Part shown: in pieces, positions 34,389 to 36,185 of the stretch
How the letters are laid out: each line of letters starts with the position of its first letter
How positions within the stretch are numbered: the first letter of the stretch is position 1
Assembly (NCBI RefSeq): GCF_001194135.2
Contig: NC_068986.1
Span: 65,309,751-65,345,935, forward strand
Source of the DNA: Octopus bimaculoides
Taxonomy: Eukaryota
Reading direction: 5' to 3'
Length of the DNA stretch: 36,185 nt
Position numbers and translations under genes: made by a program
The notes under the pieces: generated by a model
Database searches by the model: none
What the model saw: the letters and a program-made list of their open reading frames with translations, nothing else
What the model was told of the DNA's origin: nothing

Positions 34389-35770
34389 NNNNNNNNNNNN
34401 NNNNNNNNNNNNNNNNNNNNNNNNNNNNNNNNNNNNNNNNNNNNNNNNNNNNNNNNNNNNNNNNNNNNNNNNNNNNNNNNNNNNNNNNNNNNNNNNNNNN
34501 NNNNNNNNNNNNNNNNNNNNNNNNNNNNNNNNNNNNNNNNNNNNNNNNNNNNNNNNNNNNNNNNNNNNNNNNNNNNNNNNNNNNNNNNNNNNNNNNNNNN
34601 NNNNNNNNNNNNNNNNNNNNNNNNNNNNNNNNNNNNNNNNNNNNNNNNNNNNNNNNNNNNNNNNNNNNNNNNNNNNNNNNNNNNNNNNNNNNNNNNNNNN
34701 NNNNNNNNNNNNNNNNNNNNNNNNNNNNNNNNNNNNNNNNNNNNNNNNNNNNNNNNNNNNNNNNNNNNNNNNNNNNNNNNNNNNNNNNNNNNNNNNNNNN
34801 NNNNNNNNNNNNNNNNNNNNNNNNNNNNNNNNNNNNNNNNNNNNNNNNNNNNNNNNNNNNNNNNNNNNNNNNNNNNNNNNNNNNNNNNNNNNNNNNNNNN
34901 NNNNNNNNNNNNNNNNNNNNNNNNNNNNNNNNNNNNNNNNNNNNNNNNNNNNNNNNNNNNNNNNNNNNNNNNNNNNNNNNNNNNNNNNNNNNNNNNNNNN
35001 NNNNNNNNNNNNNNNNNNNNNNNNNNNNNNNNNNNNNNNNNNNNNNNNNNNNNNNNNNNNNNNNNNNNNNNNNNNNNNNNNNNNNNNNNNNNNNNNNNNN
35101 NNNNNNNNNNNNNNNNNNNNNNNNNNNNNNNNNNNNNNNNNNNNNNNNNNNNNNNNNNNNNNNNNNNNNNNNNNNNNNNNNNNNNNNNNNNNNNNNNNNN
35201 NNNNNNNNNNNNNNNNNNNNNNNNNNNNNNNNNNNNNNNNNNNNNNNNNNNNNNNNNNNNNNNNNNNNNNNNNNNNNNNNNNNNNNNNNNNNNNNNNNNN
35301 NNNNNNNNNNNNNNNNNNCGTGCACATATAGATGCTCACTCAAGAGACATACGCAAGAGAGACCCACATATACGTATGTTCATAGACACATGCAATCACA
35401 CAAGCCATTGCGACATAATGTGTCCACATTTGCGCGTACGGAATAACTCCAACTCAACAGTTGCAAGATTTTTTTTCTTTCGTTCGTGTCGCCAAGATTA
35501 GGAAGAGAAGGAAGAAAGAACAGAAAATATATGAAAAAGAAAATGAAAGGGAGAAAAAGATGAATGGCGTTAAAAACCAACCAACAAACAAAAAAATTAA
35601 AGAGCTGCAGGAGAAAACTGAGCAGCTATGAAGGAAAGAAAGAACAGATATGAATATGTAGTGTTTTAGACGATATGATGAAATTAAGCGAAGCATATGA
35701 CAATGTGTGTGTATGTGTGTGTGTGCATGTGTGTGTATGTATATATGTATATATGTATATATATATATAT

Positions 35771-36114
35771 CTTTTACTTCTCTCAGTCATGAGACTGCGG
35801 CCATGCTGGGGCACCACCTTGCATGAATCGACCTCAGGACATCTTTTAAGCCTGCTACTTATTTCATCGGTTTCTATTGCAGAAATGCTAAGTTGCGAGG
35901 ACTTGAACACAACACCAGTTATCTACCAGTGGTGGGGGAACACACACACACACACACACACACACATGACGGGTTTCATTTAGTTTCCGTCTAGCAAATA
36001 TACTCACAAGGCTTTGGTCGGCCTGAGGCTATAGTAGGAAGACACTTGCGCAGAGGGACTGAATTCGGAATCATGTAGAAGGGAAGCTTCTCTCCACACA
36101 GCCAATCCTACGCC
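35771..36114 (-). mobile_element. SINE family A, essentially full length (tRNA head, central domain, internal TG run, 3' body)
   Basis: Reverse complement GGCGTAGGATTGGCTGTGTGG (A-box-like)..GAATTCAGTCC (B-box-like)..GCAAGTGTCTTCCTACTATAGCCTCAGGCCGACCAAAGCCTTGTGAG..(TG)n..CCCCAGCATGGCCGCAGTC..GACTGAGA. Confidence 0.9.
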
Positions 36115-36185
36115 TATATATATATATATATATATATATCTGCATACATATACTAAAACATAGTCACACCATCTACACACACACA

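Overview
This is eukaryotic, AT-rich, microsatellite-dense DNA with nine N-gaps. The tRNA-derived SINE families and the repeat landscape look like an octopod cephalopod draft assembly (inference from recalled repeat families, not verified). I cannot confidently identify any host protein-coding gene. Nearly all ORFs in the supplied track are microsatellite or gap artefacts. The window is a graveyard of decayed transposons: two mariner copies, two oppositely oriented CR1/L2-type LINE fragments, a Penelope-like element (RT, GIY-YIG remnant and a degenerate hammerhead-like core), a Tc1, a Helitron Rep fragment, the 3' end of an RTE LINE, a DD37D/maT-like transposase fragment, and many copies of three short interspersed repeat families. 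The most notable observations are: (1) three tandem C2H2 zinc fingers at the RTE C-terminus; (2) the minimal-hammerhead-like motif behind the Penelope ORF; (3) a 69-bp/23-aa STPR-like repeat array in the Helitron N-terminus that ends in a foldback; (4) four different superfamilies packed co-oriented in 13.0-18.6 kb; (5) about seven copies of one trinucleotide-tailed repeat in 4 kb. I see no convincing wholly new biological system. A few low-confidence candidate exons are flagged. Element boundaries are approximate unless a TIR or stop codon is cited.
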